A program made the translations under genes and the position numbers. From Nitrospirales bacterium (GTDB lineage Bacteria > Nitrospirota > Nitrospiria > Nitrospirales > UBA8639): DNA of 64,000 nucleotides. The DNA lies in contig CBDCWC010000003.1 in assembly GCA_965223295.1 (NCBI GenBank), positions 576,001 through 640,000 of the forward strand, in the 5' to 3' direction. Of the stretch, positions 49,692 to 59,651 are shown piece after piece; within the stretch, counting starts at the first letter, position 1; each line of letters starts with the position of its first letter. The notes under the pieces were generated by a model. That model had not been told where the DNA came from, searched no databases, and saw nothing but the letters and a program-made list of their open reading frames with translations.

Positions 49692-51458
49692 TTATTGACG
49701 CCTTTTGGGTACATGATCTGATGGAACAATCACCTGGAAGACGACATGACGTCCTTGAGATACGTCGTTGCCATTTAAAGATCGCGCCGCCCCCATGCCT
49801 GCTGGCCTGAATTTGATTGCCTCGAAAGAACCGTTTGTCAGTTCCTTCAGGACAGCCCTCGCTCGCAACAAACTCAAATTTTTATTCACCTCACTTCTCC
49901 CATCAGGACTCGTAAAACCTTGAATATGAATAACAGCTGAAATGCCTAACATGCTAGCCTTCTGATCGAATATCTGAAGCATCTCAGCAATATCGATGAG
50001 AGTAGACCGTTGGCTTTGACCAATTCTTGATTCTCCAACGTCAAATACAATCATTTGGCTTTCTAAATTGGCTTGTAGTGTCTCAAGTTGTTTCATATCT
50101 GTATCAACCAGTTGTCCCATCTCAATGTGAGCGACCCCAGGAACTAGGGGTCCTAACAGTTGAGCCTGTTCAATCCATGCATGCGAGGCCTCTCCCATCA
50201 GAACCAATGTTGTGCCTTCTCCCCCGACCACAACAGAACTTGGAGGACGTAACTGAATCATGGCTCGCTTGTGTACAAATTCCGGAGTGAGGTCCATAAA
50301 GGGTTCTAAACGAAATACGACCTCTTCCGAGGAGTAGCCCAACTCTGAACGAATCTTCTCGGGATTGATGGCTAAAGGGTCCCTTAACCCATAAAAAATC
50401 GTTGGTAATCCCTCATCTTGAATCGACGTCACAACCAATCCAGGTTCCTGACCAACCCGCTCCAAGAATTGAGCCCATCGTTGTTGATCCGAACGGGCCT
50501 GAAACACCCAAATCCCCAAGCCGAGCAACAGCAAGCCCAACAGGATCCAGAACGCGAACGGAAGACCTTTGGACTTTTTCTCAAATTGCGCTTGCAAACA
50601 ATCTTCTAAAGAAAGACGAGTCTCTTCAAAAGATGTGGTATCACCTGTGAATGACTGCAAGAGCTCTGAGAATTGCGCATGGATGGTCTCGAGCGTTTCT
50701 TGGAAAACCTCTCGTAACTCCATCGGAGGTGCTCCACGAATGACTCCTGCCAAAATTGCTCCTGAACCCTGTTCAATCCATACCGTCAAATCGCCTATTC
50801 GAAGTGACTCCAAACCATCATCTTGTTTTTGCCCAAACGAATCACGAACAAAGTCCTGGATGGCGGTTAACATCCCAGATATCATTTCCTCACCTTGTCC
50901 GCTTATTCCTTCGGCCACCACATGATTTAACAAGAGTCCCGTTTTCTTGTGGATGAGAAACACCTGTTCGACTCGAAACCGTAGAGTATGTAGTAACACC
51001 ACTTCGGCAAAGGATTTACCGGTCCTGAATGCTTCCCAACGCCATTGGAGGCCTTTCCAGGACATGCTATATTCCAGCGTTTGATTCAGTGACTGGACCA
51101 TCCCTCGCATAGCCCGAGCGATAGCCTTTCGGATCGCGGGGCCTAAGATGGGAGCAATAGAATCGCTGATGAGTTGAGGCGATTGTTTAATCGAAAGCGA
51201 AAGCGCCTCCTGAGTGATGGGAATCATGGAAGACAGCAATCGTGTATCTTGCTGCGCACGGATCCGAATAGCATCCGGCAACACACGGCCGACATCCTGC
51301 GGCTCAAGAATGTAGTGATCCAGACGGTTTTTCAGACGCTCTAGCTCAGTCTGTTCAGGAGCTAGGAGTAATTGACGAAGATGAGAAAATCCCCCAGATT
51401 CTTTAACAGAAAACTTTGCAGGAGGGTTGGAAGAAGGAGAGCGTGGTTTGCCAGCCAT
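49692..51458 (-). CDS. Bitopic protein: cytoplasmic helical plus longin-like region, TM, periplasmic region ending in an OmpA-like domain
   Basis: TM FAFWILLGLLLLGLGIWVF; OmpA-like IVFDVGES, IQGFTSPDG, NKNLSLLRA, RHVVF. Confidence 0.85.
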   Translation of the reverse strand: MAGKPRSPSSNPPAKFSVKESGGFSHLRQLLLAPEQTELERLKNRLDHYILEPQDVGRVLPDAIRIRAQQDTRLLSSMIPITQEALSLSIKQSPQLISDSIAPILGPAIRKAIARAMRGMVQSLNQTLEYSMSWKGLQWRWEAFRTGKSFAEVVLLHTLRFRVEQVFLIHKKTGLLLNHVVAEGISGQGEEMISGMLTAIQDFVRDSFGQKQDDGLESLRIGDLTVWIEQGSGAILAGVIRGAPPMELREVFQETLETIHAQFSELLQSFTGDTTSFEETRLSLEDCLQAQFEKKSKGLPFAFWILLGLLLLGLGIWVFQARSDQQRWAQFLERVGQEPGLVVTSIQDEGLPTIFYGLRDPLAINPEKIRSELGYSSEEVVFRLEPFMDLTPEFVHKRAMIQLRPPSSVVVGGEGTTLVLMGEASHAWIEQAQLLGPLVPGVAHIEMGQLVDTDMKQLETLQANLESQMIVFDVGESRIGQSQRSTLIDIAEMLQIFDQKASMLGISAVIHIQGFTSPDGRSEVNKNLSLLRARAVLKELTNGSFEAIKFRPAGMGAARSLNGNDVSQGRHVVFQVIVPSDHVPKRRQ

Positions 51459-51596
51459 AACAAATACCTTAGCCTACCATTACCCCGCCCTCAGCACCGG
51501 ATCTTGACAAGCGCCACTAATGGCAAAAGAGAAAAGCGCCTTCTCACAGAAACAAGCACCATGGAGATGTTGGTCAACTGGCGCATCAATTCCTCT

Positions 51597-52223
51597 TTAG
51601 GAATCCTGGGTATGGTGCTCACTGGCTTTTAAACGAACAGCGAGGTCCATTAACATTTCCGATAACACAGCCCGATCAGTTTTATCGGCTTTGAGCTCTT
51701 GGAACCCTTGGTCAACCTGAGCCTGTAATTGTGCAATCTGTTCCAAATAACTGTCTGAAATTTCCTGCTTTTGTTGGGTCAGATTAACTTCAATCGTTGA
51801 AAATTGTTGCGTGGCCTTTGAGTCCAACCCGGAGAGTCGCTCTTCTAACGTTTTCCCTAGTTGTTCAATAACCGATCTCACATCTTCGACGTCTGCGGTT
51901 CTGGCGCTCTGCTCTTTTTGAAATTGCTCTGCGACCCGATGCATTTCCCCATTCAAAAATTGCTTGAGTTCATCTACTGAATTGGAGAGATCAGCCCGAA
52001 GCGTCGCACTTTCCTCACGCAATTGGCTTTCCAAAGCAGCGAAGCGATGCTCAAATTCCCGGCTTTGTGCACCAAATAAAATATCCCTGACTTTCTCTAA
52101 ATTCCCTTCCTCCAGTTTGCCCTCCACTTCAGAATGTGCCGCAGAGGTTGACTGACGTATTGAGGAGCTAGAAACTTTATACGAGAGAGATTTTGATGGT
52201 TTAGAGGGCCCAGCTTTATTCAT
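51597..52223 (-). CDS. Cytoplasmic coiled-coil protein
   Basis: NLEKVRDILFGAQ, heptad-rich body, KTDRAVLSEMLMDLAVRL. Confidence 0.8.
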   Translation of the reverse strand: MNKAGPSKPSKSLSYKVSSSSIRQSTSAAHSEVEGKLEEGNLEKVRDILFGAQSREFEHRFAALESQLREESATLRADLSNSVDELKQFLNGEMHRVAEQFQKEQSARTADVEDVRSVIEQLGKTLEERLSGLDSKATQQFSTIEVNLTQQKQEISDSYLEQIAQLQAQVDQGFQELKADKTDRAVLSEMLMDLAVRLKASEHHTQDS

Positions 52224-52615
52224 AGTTTGTCACCCCATCATATTACTTACGCCTAGGAAAGATCACTTAGTCCAACGAATCCTACCACCACTAGAAAATC
52301 GGAACAAGTGAAAGAAAGAGAAACTACGCCCTTTTCCGGAAAACCTCAAAACCACAGTAGACTTCTCACCGTTTGCAAAGGTCCAGCACTACTATATCTC
52401 AAATGCGCTGGAGCACAGAATGCCACAGAAGGACTAGCCCCAGAAGCAATGCTGAAAACACCATCAACAAGCCTCAATTTTTCATGAAAAACACAAATTA
52501 ATCAAGGGACTTTGGACGACAGTCTGGGAACCGGGATGGAATCGAACGTGGCTAAGAAGCAAAATACAGAAAGGAACGACGACCCTCTAAGAGGTGGAGT
52601 CAAATACCTTCAGTG

Positions 52616-52822
52616 CTAATCTTTTTCAGGCTCGGACCCACCATGCTTGTGCGTCACGCGATCCTCATCAAATAATTCAGCCATCTCTTGAGCCATAATG
52701 TCATTATCGTGTGGAAGAGAAACGACAGACAATTCTTTTTTAATTTTTGGAGGTTGTGGCGTCAAATCTTGGTCTTCAGCCTTGGCAATTTTTTTCTCTT
52801 CCGATTCTTGTGAGTCATCCAT
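52616..52822 (-). CDS. Small acidic hypothetical protein
   Basis: 68 aa, D/E-rich, GGAGGAG RBS upstream, follows the Zn-finger gene. Confidence 0.55.
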   Translation of the reverse strand: MDDSQESEEKKIAKAEDQDLTPQPPKIKKELSVVSLPHDNDIMAQEMAELFDEDRVTHKHGGSEPEKD

Positions 52823-52846
52823 TTTTTCAGATCTCCTCCATAGTGA

Positions 52847-53209
52847 TTATTCAAAGGATTCCAAAAAAGACTGCTCTGTAAACTTCAACTGACATGCCTC
52901 ACATGTCACAAAATAAACTGATTCGCGAATGGAAACTACTGCTCTAAAGTCCAATAACACCCCACGATGCCGACAAGAAAGACAGGCGATTTCCTTAAGG
53001 CGATAGGGGACATCCGGCTGAGTTTGGAGATAAAACTCCATATCTGTGTGAACTGGGAAGGTATAAAAACAATCCCGACAAATCGCTTTCCATTCACCAT
53101 CCCCTGCGGCCGTTGTCCGGGAATCAATCCCAAAACGATTACCCTTACAAATCGCACATTTGGCTTCACCCAATCGTTGCTCAACTTCTTGAATACTTAA
53201 TTGTACCAT
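52847..53209 (-). CDS. Hypothetical protein with four CxxC pairs (double Zn-ribbon)
   Basis: CAIC, CRDC, CLSC, CEAC. Confidence 0.75.
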   Translation of the reverse strand: MVQLSIQEVEQRLGEAKCAICKGNRFGIDSRTTAAGDGEWKAICRDCFYTFPVHTDMEFYLQTQPDVPYRLKEIACLSCRHRGVLLDFRAVVSIRESVYFVTCEACQLKFTEQSFLESFE

Positions 53210-53380
53210 CTGTGTTCTTTCATTTTATTGCACCATTCTTCTCGTTCTTCAGTATAGGTAGCTTGCGGAGCTCCCGCAACTACAACCATCCCTTCTGCAA
53301 CAAGAAACTCACAGGCGAGGCTAAATTTCTTCCTTATTTGCCTTGTGTTTTTCTCTTCCTTAGCCGAAAAGGTCATCACT

Positions 53381-53809
53381 ATGATCAGCTATATCGACCA
53401 TCAACTTTATATTGGCGACAAAACAGACGCTGAATCTCCCCCTGCATTTATCAACGCCGTTCTCTGGACCGCGGGAGATATACGACTTTCGCCACCTCCG
53501 AATACCCTCTTCGGCAGACTACCTCTGAACGAATACACGGAGCCAGACCCCATTGACTTAAAAATGGGTATCGAGTGGTTAGCCCAGCGTTTACCGGAGC
53601 ATCACATTCTCGTTGCCTGTCGACAAGGATTTGGCCGGTCCCCCTCGGTTATCATCGCCTATCTTTGTTGCGTAGTTGGGCTTCCCTACTACCAAGCTCA
53701 CGACCTGCTCACCCAAAAGCGTCCAGGAACAACACCCCTTCCCCGGTTAGATTCCTTAGTCGAGCAATTACGAGAAACATCACCTGTTCTGACTCCATCT
53801 ACTCACTAA
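53381..53809 (+). CDS. Dual-specificity/tyrosine phosphatase-like protein
   Basis: ILVACRQGFGRSPSVIIAYL (CX5R motif). Confidence 0.85.
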   Translation: MISYIDHQLYIGDKTDAESPPAFINAVLWTAGDIRLSPPPNTLFGRLPLNEYTEPDPIDLKMGIEWLAQRLPEHHILVACRQGFGRSPSVIIAYLCCVVGLPYYQAHDLLTQKRPGTTPLPRLDSLVEQLRETSPVLTPSTH

Positions 53810-53957
53810 CTTTTTTCAATTCCTGGTCTTCTTACTTTCTCTCAGTTTCTCTAGCGAGTATATCGATTGCCCAACAAAACCTTCCGGCATCGACAAGAAA
53901 TCTGCTACTTTCCATAAAAACCCTCTCGTTTAGCCAATGATTTGCATCAGTAAGTCT

Positions 53958-54046
53958 GGCCTTTTTTCAACAGACCCGAGGCCTCTGACATGTGACGTTG
54001 CAGAGACGAAATGTGGCCATTGATATCATGATGATTTAACAGCTCC
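53958..54046. repeat. MITE right end plus tail
   Basis: ttttttcaacagacccgaggcctctgacatgtgacgttgcagagacgaaa...tgatatcat matches 62125-62209. Confidence 0.75.
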
Positions 54047-54077
54047 ATTCACTTGATTTTCTCAGAAAACCTTCTTG

Positions 54078-54908
54078 ATGCCTGAACTTCCTGAAGTCGA
54101 AGTGGTTGTGCAACAGTTGAACACCCATGTGCTTGGAGCAACGATCAAGACATTGACTATCCCACGGGCAGATATCGTTCGTTCTGGACATTCCCTTGCT
54201 CCATGGTTTCAGCAGGCCAAAATTACGCATATACATCGAATCGGCAAATGCGTCCTCATGACCTGCCAACGTTCTCAGAATACCCGATATCTCCTCTCGG
54301 AATTGGGTATGACGGGATTGTGGTTTTTTAAGGCAGACCTGGCAAGTTCGCCCCAACACATCCATTGCACCATCACCCTATCTGGCTCAAAGACCAAAGA
54401 ACTTCATTATTGGAATCCTCGACGATTTGGCCGACTCTGGTTCTTTGAGTTATCTGGGTTAGAATCGTTCAGGCAACGCCGATTCGGGCTAGATGCCTTA
54501 ACAATAACCCAAGAAGCCTTTTGCCATCTCGTCCAAGCCACTCGTGGCCAACTAAAAGCCTTTTTGCTGAATCAACATTGGCTAGCCGGAATTGGCAATA
54601 TCTATGCGAATGAAATTCTGTTTCGCTCAAGAATCCATCCTTGTGCCAAAGGGAATCATCTTCGACGAACATCCTGCCAACGGCTCTACCACACAATGCA
54701 ACACGTATTACGGGAAGGAATCGCAGCTGGAGGATCGTCTATTCGAGATTTTTGTGCTCCAGATGGTTCACGCGGGCACTTTCAAGAAGCCCATCAGGTG
54801 TATCAAAAAGATGGCCAGCCTTGCCCACGTGGCTGCCCCGGCCAAATTAAACGATTACAACAAGAACGTAGTTCGTTTTTCTGTCCATCCTGTCAAAAGA
54901 AGCGCTGA
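54078..54908 (+). CDS. mutM: Formamidopyrimidine-DNA glycosylase (Fpg/Nei)
   Basis: N-terminal PELPEVE, LGMTG, PRRFG, AGIGNIYANE, C-terminal zinc finger. Confidence 0.93.
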   Translation: MPELPEVEVVVQQLNTHVLGATIKTLTIPRADIVRSGHSLAPWFQQAKITHIHRIGKCVLMTCQRSQNTRYLLSELGMTGLWFFKADLASSPQHIHCTITLSGSKTKELHYWNPRRFGRLWFFELSGLESFRQRRFGLDALTITQEAFCHLVQATRGQLKAFLLNQHWLAGIGNIYANEILFRSRIHPCAKGNHLRRTSCQRLYHTMQHVLREGIAAGGSSIRDFCAPDGSRGHFQEAHQVYQKDGQPCPRGCPGQIKRLQQERSSFFCPSCQKKR

Positions 54909-55014
54909 CCCAAAGAACGTTTCCTTGAGGCCGGTATAGGCCTTTGGTAGAATAGCGCCTGTCTAAGAACAGTCATGACAATTTGGGATTGGAGGAGGGT
55001 GATTCACGCCGTCT

Positions 55015-55998
55015 GTGCGAAAAATTAAACTACGAGAAGGGGTAGATTTAGCCAATCTCTTTGGGCCACAGGACCTGCACCTCAAAATGATTGAAGGGGA
55101 ACTGCAGATTCATATGGCCGCACGAGGCGATGAAATTACCCTGGATGGGCAACCTGATTCTGTCAAGCGAGCTGAACATATTCTTCAGGAGTTAGCGGAT
55201 TGGACGCGAACACATCATGAATTGAAACCAGAAGATATTTCAAGAGCCATCCGAGCCACTGAGGAAAAACGCGACATTCCCCTCAAACCTTACACCTTCT
55301 CCACAGGCACCCTTTCAACGACAAAGGGCACCGTCAATCCCAAGACACCAACACAGCAAGTCTACCTTCAAGCCATTAAACAATCCGATCTGGTCATTGC
55401 CATCGGTCCCGCCGGAACTGGGAAAACCTATCTGGCGATGGCCATGGCACTGGCAGCCCTCACCCACAAACAAGTTAGCCGCATTATTTTAGCGCGCCCC
55501 GCGGTTGAAGCCGGTGAACGTCTAGGTTTTCTTCCTGGAGATCTCTTTGCCAAAGTCCATCCCTACTTACGGCCTTTGTATGACGCCCTCTATACCATGA
55601 TGGATATTGAACGGGCCAATCGTCTCCTAGAGCGGGGGGACATTGAAATTGCACCTCTGGCCTTTATGCGAGGAAGAACATTGGATGATGCCTTTGTAAT
55701 TTTGGATGAAGCGCAAAATGCGACGACTGAACAGATGAAAATGTTTCTGACACGACTGGGTATGAACTCCAAAGCCATCGTCACAGGAGATGTAACGCAA
55801 ATCGATTTGCCTGATTCACAGAAATCCGGGTTAACGCAAATTGCCGAAATTCTCACAAACATCAAAGGAATTCAGTTCGTCTATTTTTCTGAACAAGATG
55901 TTGTGCGTCATCGATTAGTCAAAGCCATTATTCAAGCCTATGACCGATATGAACAGGATAACGAGTCACAAAACGGCCAAGAAGGATCCGTGGCCTAA
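55015..55998 (+). CDS. phoH: PhoH-like ATPase
   Basis: GPAGTGKTYLA, RPAVEAGERLGFLPG, APLAFMRGRTL, DVVRH. Confidence 0.95.
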   Translation: MRKIKLREGVDLANLFGPQDLHLKMIEGELQIHMAARGDEITLDGQPDSVKRAEHILQELADWTRTHHELKPEDISRAIRATEEKRDIPLKPYTFSTGTLSTTKGTVNPKTPTQQVYLQAIKQSDLVIAIGPAGTGKTYLAMAMALAALTHKQVSRIILARPAVEAGERLGFLPGDLFAKVHPYLRPLYDALYTMMDIERANRLLERGDIEIAPLAFMRGRTLDDAFVILDEAQNATTEQMKMFLTRLGMNSKAIVTGDVTQIDLPDSQKSGLTQIAEILTNIKGIQFVYFSEQDVVRHRLVKAIIQAYDRYEQDNESQNGQEGSVA

Positions 55999-56004
55999 TG
56001 CCCC

Positions 56005-56454
56005 ATGGCTATTTGGTTCCGTACCCATCTTCGACGCGTGTCTGTCCACGCCAAATCCATTCAACGCGTTACGCAAACGATCGTAAAGTATACCGGGTCT
56101 CCCAACGCAGATTTGAGCCTCTCGTTAGTTGGCAGGACACGGATGCGCAGTCTCAACCGGCAGTATCGCGGGCGGGATTATCCAACAGATGTCCTCGCCT
56201 TCCCAATGGAGCCGATGGGAAAACGGCCACAACCATTTTTGGGAGATATTGTGATCTGCTTGCCAATTGCGATCACTCAAGCCCCTCGATTCGACAATAC
56301 CCCAGACCAAGAAGTACTTCGACTCTTAATTCACGGGATTCTGCATCTTCAGGGTTATGACCATGAACGTTCTTCACAAGAAGCGAAGCGGATGCAACGA
56401 AAAGAACGCTCCATCACTAACAAGCTGTCGCCACCACCACGGCTTCTTGTCTAG
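56005..56454 (+). CDS. ybeY: rRNA maturation endoribonuclease YbeY
   Basis: LNRQYRG.DYPTDVLAF, HGILHLQGYDH. Confidence 0.95.
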   Translation: MAIWFRTHLRRVSVHAKSIQRVTQTIVKYTGSPNADLSLSLVGRTRMRSLNRQYRGRDYPTDVLAFPMEPMGKRPQPFLGDIVICLPIAITQAPRFDNTPDQEVLRLLIHGILHLQGYDHERSSQEAKRMQRKERSITNKLSPPPRLLV

Positions 56455-56496
56455 AATAGAGACTTCCGCACTTACCACCCTCACCTTCTTTTCTGT

Positions 56497-57423
56497 ATGA
56501 GCTGGCTCCAGCGTCTTCAAGATGGGTTAGAGAAAACGCGTCAAAACGTGCAAAGTTCTTTGCACCGTATGATTGGAGGGCAACTTGACCCAGCCGTGAT
56601 GGAAGATGTTGAAGGGAGCCTTTTGCAGGCCGATATGGGTGTTCGAACCGTGCAACGGTTTCTCGATGAGGTGAACGCTCAAACAGGCCCCTTTCAATCT
56701 GCCACCCCACTCGAAATCTTACAGAATCTTCTTCTGGATATACTAAAGAAAGCCGAAACAGAGCCACTGGAAGACATGATTCGCCGAGGACCTAAACCGT
56801 TTGTTGTTCTCACGATCGGCATCAATGGGGTTGGGAAAACCACCACTATCGCCAAGCTTGGACATCGCTTCAGTCAGGCTGGACTGTATACGCTCTTTGT
56901 GGCCGGAGATACCTTTCGCGCCGCAGCCATTGAACAACTAAATATTTGGGGGAAGCGGGCGGGCGTGGACGTGATTAAACATCAACAAGGTTCTGACCCC
57001 GCAGCTGTCGTGTTTGACGGCATTGTCGCCGCCAAGTCTCGAAATGTCGATGTGGTGCTGATCGATACGGCCGGCCGGCTTCATACGAAAATCAATTTGA
57101 TGGATGAATTAAAAAAGATTAAACGTATCATCCAACGTGAAATGCCTGATGCACCTCACGAAACACTGCTCGTCTTAGACGGCACCCTAGGACAGAACAC
57201 CATCGCCCAGGCACGGCAGTTTCATGAATCACTCGGGGTTACGGGATTAGCGTTGACGAAACTTGATGGGACTGCCAGAGGCGGCGTGGTCATCGCTATT
57301 GTCGAAGAACTCAATCTGCCCGTTCGGCTCATCGGCGTCGGCGAGAAAGAAGAAGATCTTCAAGATTTCAAAGCTTCCGCATTCGTTAAGGCCTTATTAC
57401 CTCCAGAAGCCCCTTCTGCCTAA
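56497..57423 (+). CDS. ftsY: SRP receptor FtsY
   Basis: GINGVGKTTT, DTFRAAA, DTAGRL, TKLDGTARGG. Confidence 0.96.
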   Translation: MSWLQRLQDGLEKTRQNVQSSLHRMIGGQLDPAVMEDVEGSLLQADMGVRTVQRFLDEVNAQTGPFQSATPLEILQNLLLDILKKAETEPLEDMIRRGPKPFVVLTIGINGVGKTTTIAKLGHRFSQAGLYTLFVAGDTFRAAAIEQLNIWGKRAGVDVIKHQQGSDPAAVVFDGIVAAKSRNVDVVLIDTAGRLHTKINLMDELKKIKRIIQREMPDAPHETLLVLDGTLGQNTIAQARQFHESLGVTGLALTKLDGTARGGVVIAIVEELNLPVRLIGVGEKEEDLQDFKASAFVKALLPPEAPSA

Positions 57424-57424
57424 T

Positions 57425-59572
57425 ATGGTTGTCCTTCGTTTTCTCGTGTGGTTGATTCTCGGCAGCATCATGATGCTGCCTCACATTCTTGAAGCCGCTT
57501 CTCCCCCATCCATACATCACAGACTAACTCTTGGGTTAGACCCTGAGACCCATCGACTCACCGCTACGGATGTTCTTCAATTAACCCAGAACTTATATAA
57601 CTGCCCACCCCTTGCGTTTGCATTGAATCCCAATTTAACCCTAGATCGTGTTGAGATAGACGGAAAATTAGCCACAGTTTCAAAAGCCCCTAACGGTTCA
57701 TCCGAGGGACAAAAGCTCTTCACAAAATGGATCATCGAATATCCTCTACCTCAACAAAAACAATCGGACTCATCCCCTATTTTGACAATCGTCTACCATG
57801 GTCCCATCAATGATTCCCCGGCTGCATCAAGTGGACTTCGCTTTGTGAGACCAGACAAAACCAACGGCCATATTGGAAAAGAAGGTATCTACCTCTCATC
57901 AGAAACATTTTGGTACCCAACCTGGAAGCAGCATCTCGTCACATTTGATCTGGAAGTCACATTGCCTTCTGACTGGCACTCCATCACTCAAGGAGAAGAA
58001 ATCCAGCAAACGATGACGCAATACAATCGAATCAGCCAATGGCGCGTTGCCTCTCCAACAGAGGCTCTGACTTTGGCCGCCAATACTTATGTGGTTCAGA
58101 AAAAACCATGGCGGAATATTCAACTCGCGACGTACCTGTTCCCCAAAGACGCAGCTTTAGCCGAACAATACCTGAAGGCCACCGCCACCTACCTGAAACT
58201 GTATACGAAACTCTTAGGTCCTTATCCCTTCTCGAAATTTGCTGTTGCCGAAAACTTTTTCCCAAGTGGTTTGGGGATGCCTTCATTCACCTTACTCGGA
58301 CAAGGGATCGTCCGGCGAGGCTACACCCAACCATACTCACTTGGTCACGAGATTGTGCATTCCTGGCTCGGCAATTCTATATTCAATGACTTCGGCAAAG
58401 GCAATTGGGTGGAAGGTCTCACCACTTATCTCGCCAACTACTATTATGATGAAGCGACAGGCAACCAAGCTGCTGCCAGCAAAACCCGGAGGCGGATGAT
58501 GGATGAATACAATCTGTACGCCACGCAAGGTAAGGACTATCCTATCCGTCAATTCCACCATAAGGAAACCCGAATCGATAACGCGGTGGGCTATCAAAAA
58601 ACCGCGCTCGTCTTTCATATGCTCAGACAAGAAATCGGTGATGACGCATTTTTTCAGGGCGTTCGTCATATCATTCAGGAAGGAACAGGGCAATTCTTTG
58701 AATGGCAAGATCTGAATAGGGCGTTTTCTAAAGTCTCAGAAAGAGACCTGAACGAATTTTTTGAGCAATGGGTTGAGCGTCCTAGCGCTCCATCGTTACA
58801 CCTCACGGATATTTTTGTTCAATCCGATTCGATCAGACCAGGCCATTCAATTCTAACTGGTACCATCGCGCAAAAAGATCCGATATACACACTGCCTCTT
58901 CCCATCCAAGTGAATCTTGAAGATGAATCAACTTTCACCTCTACACTCGCACTCGATCAGGTAAAAAACCCCTTTAACTTGAATCTCCCCAGTAAACCAA
59001 CATCAATTACACTTGATCCTGAACATCATTGGCTTCTGCGCCAGGAACGCCAACAGTTACGTCCCATGCTGAACGCCTGGGAGACGGCCACTCGTCGTAT
59101 TGTGATTCAGGCAACATCCTCATCAGAAGAAGAACTAGCGAGCTTCAAGGCGCTCCTCGGACGACTTCAAGGACAGTCTGATATTGAAATACAGCACCAC
59201 AATTCTCCCGCAATAACAGAAGAAGCTTCCTATCTCATCATTGGCACACCAGCCCACCAACTATTAGGCTCACAAGCCCTGCCAACTTGCCAGGAACATG
59301 TTGAGGTCAAATCCGAACGTGTCACCATTTCCAAGCAGCCATTTGAAGGCCCTAACATGGCCTTTCTCATCACCTGTCCACACCCAAAATACCCGAACCG
59401 CACCGTCTCGTTCTTTTTTGGGCTTTCTCCAAACGCCGTCACCCCCGTCGCTAGACTCCTCTTCTTTTATGGGTGGGATAGCTATTTAGTCTTTCAACAA
59501 GGCAAAGTTGTTGCCCGAGGGATGTTTCAGCCAGTACACTCTGCACGTGAATTTCCTATTCCAACACCATAA
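57425..59572 (+). CDS. Exported M1 family aminopeptidase
   Basis: Signal peptide; HEIVHSW (HExxH), NWVEGL, GYQK. Confidence 0.88.
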   Translation: MVVLRFLVWLILGSIMMLPHILEAASPPSIHHRLTLGLDPETHRLTATDVLQLTQNLYNCPPLAFALNPNLTLDRVEIDGKLATVSKAPNGSSEGQKLFTKWIIEYPLPQQKQSDSSPILTIVYHGPINDSPAASSGLRFVRPDKTNGHIGKEGIYLSSETFWYPTWKQHLVTFDLEVTLPSDWHSITQGEEIQQTMTQYNRISQWRVASPTEALTLAANTYVVQKKPWRNIQLATYLFPKDAALAEQYLKATATYLKLYTKLLGPYPFSKFAVAENFFPSGLGMPSFTLLGQGIVRRGYTQPYSLGHEIVHSWLGNSIFNDFGKGNWVEGLTTYLANYYYDEATGNQAAASKTRRRMMDEYNLYATQGKDYPIRQFHHKETRIDNAVGYQKTALVFHMLRQEIGDDAFFQGVRHIIQEGTGQFFEWQDLNRAFSKVSERDLNEFFEQWVERPSAPSLHLTDIFVQSDSIRPGHSILTGTIAQKDPIYTLPLPIQVNLEDESTFTSTLALDQVKNPFNLNLPSKPTSITLDPEHHWLLRQERQQLRPMLNAWETATRRIVIQATSSSEEELASFKALLGRLQGQSDIEIQHHNSPAITEEASYLIIGTPAHQLLGSQALPTCQEHVEVKSERVTISKQPFEGPNMAFLITCPHPKYPNRTVSFFFGLSPNAVTPVARLLFFYGWDSYLVFQQGKVVARGMFQPVHSAREFPIPTP

Positions 59573-59606
59573 GCATTTTATATATTCTAAATTTTTCTTT
59601 GATTTT

Positions 59607-59640
59607 CCCCTCCTTTATAAGGAGGGGCTAGGGGAGGTAG
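59607..59640. repeat. REP-like hairpin
   Basis: cccctcctt-tat-aaggagggg followed by ctaggggaggt. Confidence 0.6.
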
Positions 59641-59651
59641 AGACAACATTC

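Noticed and set aside
52616-52822. 68-aa acidic ORF as the missing Pup
   Set aside because: Size and charge fit, but it lacks the LDEID..LE.NAE.FV..YVQKGG(E/Q) motif and ends GGSEPEKD.
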